Source of the DNA: Octopus bimaculoides
Taxonomy: Eukaryota
NCBI RefSeq assembly: GCF_001194135.2
Contig: NC_068982.1
Coordinates: forward strand, 153,805,300 to 153,856,749
Direction: 5' to 3'
Length of the DNA stretch: 51,450 nt
The notes under the pieces are model-generated. The model searched no databases and was not told the DNA's origin. It saw only the letters and a list, made by a program, of their open reading frames with translations. Every line of letters starts with the position of its first letter. Positions within the stretch are counted from its first letter, which is position 1. The position numbers and the translations under genes are program-made. Shown here in pieces: positions 46,561-51,450 of the stretch.

Positions 46561-48239
46561 TGTGGAAAGAACGACAGATCCCATGCATTTTTTTGATTTT
46601 GAATGTGGGTGTCATTATTCTGAAAACTGAAGAGGAGGTAATTTAAAAAGTTGAAACTTTTATGGAAAATATTTTTCAGCATTGTAATTTCCGTACATTT
46701 TGTAATGTTTTCTGTTGATCAGTTATGCTTAAATGCTATCAGTAGTTTACATGAAATGGAAAATATAGATACCATGAAGAAAAGTTATACGGATGTGATT
46801 GATCTCGGAATGAAATCTGTGTCGTAATCTTCGTTCGGCAAGTGTTTCTTTCCGTCTTTTCCGCACTCACAGCATTTTCATAATTTTCAACTCACTTTAT
46901 TGAAGACAACCCAGATATCTGAGAGGTAGGTGGTTCATACGATGTCACTGGCGTTGTTATATCTCTATAGCAAGACACATAAAACTTGGCAGAAAAGTTT
47001 ATCAAACTTCAGTTAAATAGAATATACAGCACTACCACTAAAAATTCATTAGTAACTCTGGTTTGCAGTATAGTTACTAATCAACTGTTCCCGCAGGAAT
47101 GTAACTCTTGTTATAACCATGAGCCCTAATCCGAGTAAGATTGATCCATCATTCATTTAATACTGGGGAAACTAAAGACTCGCTTTACTTCTATACATCC
47201 TTGTGATTCAGTAAAGGATTAGTTATTTATTTTTTTATCTCAAAGGAGTAAATGGATGATGATTAATATTTTATGTTTCAATCGTTGTTTATTGTTCTCA
47301 TTGCTTTGTTTGAACTGTTTGCAGTTTAACTAAACAGGGAATGTATTTTTGTGATTGTTCTAACATAGAAAAGGAGACTTAACATGCACTTAACGATATT
47401 TATCTCTGCCTTATTAAAAGATTAATATATACATTACTGATGTATTACTTGTCATTTTTCTCGATTTTTGCTTAATATTCTACCATATCACAAACATGGT
47501 TTTGTTATTCTGATAAACATGTTACCTTTTATTGTTATTTTTGCTTTCATCGGAAAAATACAGTTGCTTTTATGTTATCATAAAGTATAGTGTCCTTTCC
47601 TTCCAGTGTTTACTGATTTCTTTCTACCATTCTTTTGATAGGTTTCCTTACTAAAGAGCATTAAAAGTGTTTGATGTTCCTATATGTTAGTGAAAGCGTT
47701 ATTTTACCAGGAGATATTTTACAGTTTCATTTATGTTACCCCCAGTAAGTATGTTCAATACTTGCATCTGTTATCTTTACATTTCGTCCCTATGAATATG
47801 TCAGCATATATACCCTAGTGTCAGTTTATTTCAATCAAGTACATACTCCAGATCTGTTCACTTACATAAAGGAACCTTAGTCTAACACTTTCCCAGCTGA
47901 CCGGTTTCTGAAAGGGAGAGCCTCAGCATGATAGCTCAACCTACTAGAAATAGCAGCAAAATTCCTTCAAATTATACCCGCCGTACTATCGTTAGAAAGG
48001 AAATTCATGTAGTTCTAAATATTCAGATGGGAGGAATACCTTTTGATCATATGTCTAGTCAATCAATCAGGATGGAAGTGGGACTAAGCAATACCAATAG
48101 CAACATAAAGGGCATTGCAGTTCACGTAAGTAATTCCTTATTATCATATTGTTGTACATAGGTAACTTTGTCTTCAAAAGTCTCATGAATTCAATGGTTT
48201 ATCATAGTTTTGTATGGACAATGATTGCACAACCCTAAA

Positions 48240-48412
48240 TGCAGTAACTCATGTGTTCCCAGAACTTTCGAGCGTGGTGGGCTACTCGAGCAGAAGAAAA
48301 TTCTAACTGCGCACCCCCACCAGCAAGATCAAGCGTTGTTTATCTTGATATGAGATCACCATATGATCTCATATCATGGTTGTGACGCATGTGCCTGGTG
48401 TACCCTTATCGG
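48240..48412 (+). mobile_element. SINE 3' body fragment
   Basis: CGAGCAGAAGAAAATTCTAACTG..TTATCTTGATATGAGATCACC..TGGTTGTGACGCATGTGCCTGGTGTACCCTTATC. Recognised as repeat-like; no second copy in the window. Confidence 0.5.
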
Positions 48413-48819
48413 TGGTGGTGGTGGTTTTGGTGGGGGTGCTGGTGGTGCTGGTCTTTACACTGCTTCTCTCAGCCACCATGAACATCTGTCGTCATATTAG
48501 AACAAAGAGATGGTGAGGATAAAGTTCACTAATGAAGTTCACCGTGGTATGCGTCATTCTTTCTGCTACATCATTACTGAATCTGACAAAAGGCGTTACT
48601 GATTCCGTAACACCAACAGAGAAAAAAAAAGGCGAACGGACGAGACCAAATAAGTTTTGCAAATTGTTATTAGAGTAGAGGCGTTAGGGTTTGGTGAAGA
48701 ATTAACGTTAAAGGAATCTAGAATAGAGGAAGTCTTAGTTAGAAAACAAAAAAAGAGGCACTTAGAAGAGGTACAGCGATCGATATGCTGGCGGCGAAAT
48801 TGGCACTTGATCAATTTCA

Positions 48820-49160
48820 GTAGTACTTTGACGAATGTCTACTGCAACTTGTAACAGAACGGGAGAATACCCTGTGTTGTGAGCCTTGGTGTGGTGGCGC
48901 TGCCTAGAAAGGACCCGAAAAACAGGGACGAAATAGATAATTTTAGCTCCGTAACGCTGCTAAATGCAAATTGCAAGATTTTGGCCAAGGTGTTAGCCAA
49001 AATGTTGGCACTTGTTGTCGATAAGCTGGTCGGTGATGCGTAGGCATGCGCTATTCTAAACAAGTCTATCCACGAGAATTTTCACCGCGCGCCTTACACC
49101 ATAGAGAAGGTTGATAAGAAACTAGGCATGGGTGAAGCTCAGATCAATTTGAATCAATCA
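48820..49160 (+). mobile_element. Tx1/L1-like RT N-terminal fragment
   Basis: GRIP..GVVAL.RKDP..DNFSSVTLLNANCKILAKVLAK..SIHEN..QINLNQS matches the NFRPITLLN.DYKILAKVLA pattern. Confidence 0.82.
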
Positions 49161-49957
49161 AATAGTTTCTTTAAAGAAAAGAGTCCTCCCCAATCATGAA
49201 ATATCTCCGAATATCTTTCTAACAACTTTAAATGACAGTAAATATTTAACATTTCTTATAACTAGAAAAAGTGTCACGTGATACCTGACTCACTTCTCAT
49301 TAACAAATACTTTCACTTTCGAACGCATAATTTATTATTCAATATCTATTGATCTCTGCAGGAAACCTCAAGTTTAGAATATTATCAAGATTGCTTTGAA
49401 GTGACTTTTCTTTCTTTGCGGATAATTACTTTTGTTCTAAAAGGTATCCTATGGCTGGTGTTAGCATTCTACAGAATCCAAATAGGTGTATTTCTTTTAT
49501 GTACAGCATGGCAAATCTTCTACGACCATTATAATTCTAGAACCCACAGACACCCAGTTAGTTGATAGACAAGGCAGCTGGAAACCTTTCATTCAGTTCC
49601 ATTCTTTTTGCCTCTCTCTCTCCCTCTCTCTCCCTCTCTCTCTCTCTCTCTATCTATCTTTATCTCTCTCTATCTCTATNNNNNNNNNNCTCTCTCTCTA
49701 TCTATCTTTATCTCTCTCTATCTCTATCTCTATCTATCTCTCTCCCTCTTTATCTATCTATCTCTCTATCTCCATCTATCTATCTACTTATCTATCTCAC
49801 AGACACGCGCGCGCACGTGTACACATCTGTGTGTATTTATACATGCATATACATATACACACACAACTCACACATGCATCAATTAATATATATGTATATA
49901 TATATATATATATAAAAGAAAAAGAGATGACAAAGGAAAAACGGTTATATAATAAAT

Positions 49958-50230
49958 TCCATTAGCTTACAACTGTTTCTACTTTAAGATGCAATGGACT
50001 TTTGTTGAGAGCCTGAATAACATTTTGGATATGCACTTTTTTATAAACCTCAGTACTGACTTTCTCACTGGTAATGCCTTCCCTATATATTGCAAAAATG
50101 TAATTCTTTTCCCAAAATAAATTGCACTTCATATTCGAGGCTCCAGTGCAGTTATAGGGTGTTATTCAGGCACTCATCTATGAGTCCACTACATCCTACA
50201 GCTGAAACAGCTGTAAGCTAATGAAGTTCA
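49958..50230. ncRNA. Hammerhead-like repeat copy 3 (+, 50105-50230) with an inverted partial copy (-, 49958-50025)
   Basis: Plus: GGCT-CCAGTGC-AGTTATAGGGTG-(30 nt)-CATCCTACAGCT-GAAA-C-AGCT-G-TA-AGCT. Minus partial: CATCTTAAAGTA-GAAA-C-AGTT-G-TA-AGCT. Confidence 0.55.
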
Positions 50231-50865
50231 TAACAGCCGTTTTTCTTCCTATGTCTTATATTTCTACTAGTGGAATCCATGGAAATTCTACAGAACGAAA
50301 AAGATTAAGAGAAACTATTTAAGAAAGAAAGGATGATTTGCATTTTTATTTTTGATTTGCAAAGTTATTTCACTTCCAGTCATAATAACATTGTATATTA
50401 TGATTTTAAAATTTCCCTCTGCTAAGCACGTTACATTTCTCTCTTTCTCTCTACCCCTTCAACAAACGTTTTAACCATGTAATTCCCCTCTTCATGTCTT
50501 TAACATTTCTCCCTTTCTCTTAACCCCTCACCTCCACTAACCATATGAGTGACAGTATAATGCATCGGTTGTTTATCTGATCTGTCTCTCACTCACACAT
50601 TCCCTCTTTCTCTCTCTCACTTTCCTTTTCCTCCTCCTCCTCCTCCTTTCTAATAAACCAAAGCGTAAAGTCTGAACGAACAGGTAGAAGAATACTATTA
50701 TAAATATAGTTCAATTTAAATATAGTTCAATATTATAAATATAGATCAATTTAAATATAGTTCAATAAAAAAAATTTTTTCACTGTCAGTACACCATCAT
50801 CATTACTATAATTTTCAGTAACGAAGCTCATTTCGTTTAATTTCAGCTATTTGGTTATATCCAAA

Positions 50866-50893
50866 TATGTATGTGTGTGTGAGGGGGTGTATG

Positions 50894-50964
<71 letters not shown>

Positions 50965-50975
50965 ACATATGCACA
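50866..50975. repeat. (TA)n / (TG)n microsatellite
   Basis: Visible directly. Confidence 0.95.
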
Positions 50976-51418
50976 TGTATGTAAGCATATGGATATGAAA
51001 ATAAACAGATCAACATATAGACGGATAGGTACATAGGTTATATGAACAGACAATCACACATACACAAATGGAGACTGAAACACATGACCATATATACACA
51101 CACGCTTTACTTCACACAAGGACGCATATGGAGACACGTATCCACACGTATGGAGATGCACATCCATACATACAAACACGGTATATAGTTGCAAAACACA
51201 CACACATACTCAGACATGCACACACAAGGAGACAGAAGTGCATACATATACAAAAACGATTTAATTGTCCGTCTAAACTCCACGTGCTATATGGTCAAAA
51301 AGGTTTTTATTCCCATGCTGGTCACTTGATATAATCAGTATTTTAAATAACGATCTCATCCTTATTTATATAAATACATACATCCATACATACACACACA
51401 CACACATAAATATGTATG

Positions 51419-51450
<32 letters not shown>

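Noticed and set aside
48590-48854. 65-aa ORF upstream of the Tx1 RT fragment
   Set aside because: No motif recognised. It may be part of the same element, but this is unsupported.

Overview
AT-rich, microsatellite-dense eukaryotic DNA with 9 N-gaps. The SINE and LINE content and the repeat density point to a cephalopod, probably Octopus; this is an inference. I recognise no host gene, rRNA, true tRNA or CRISPR array. Most ORFs in the supplied track are translations of microsatellites or gaps. What can be read are decayed mobile elements: two mariner remnants, a Buster/Charlie-type hAT fragment, a Tigger/pogo fragment, a Penelope-like RT fragment, many R4/Dong-like (RLE) LINE pieces, three Tx1/L1-like pieces, and several tRNA-derived SINE families. 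Three observations stand out. (1) A dispersed ~125-bp repeat (18.0, 34.2 and 50.1 kb, plus an inverted half copy at 50.0 kb) has a consensus that folds as a minimal type-I hammerhead ribozyme, with one compensatory base-pair change between copies. (2) Three LINE lineages each abut their own microsatellite: (AAT)n, (CATA)n and (TATC)n. (3) One SINE carries a 3' tail resembling the 3' end of the Tx1-like LINE. All alignments and translations were done by eye, so boundaries are approximate unless exact bases are quoted.
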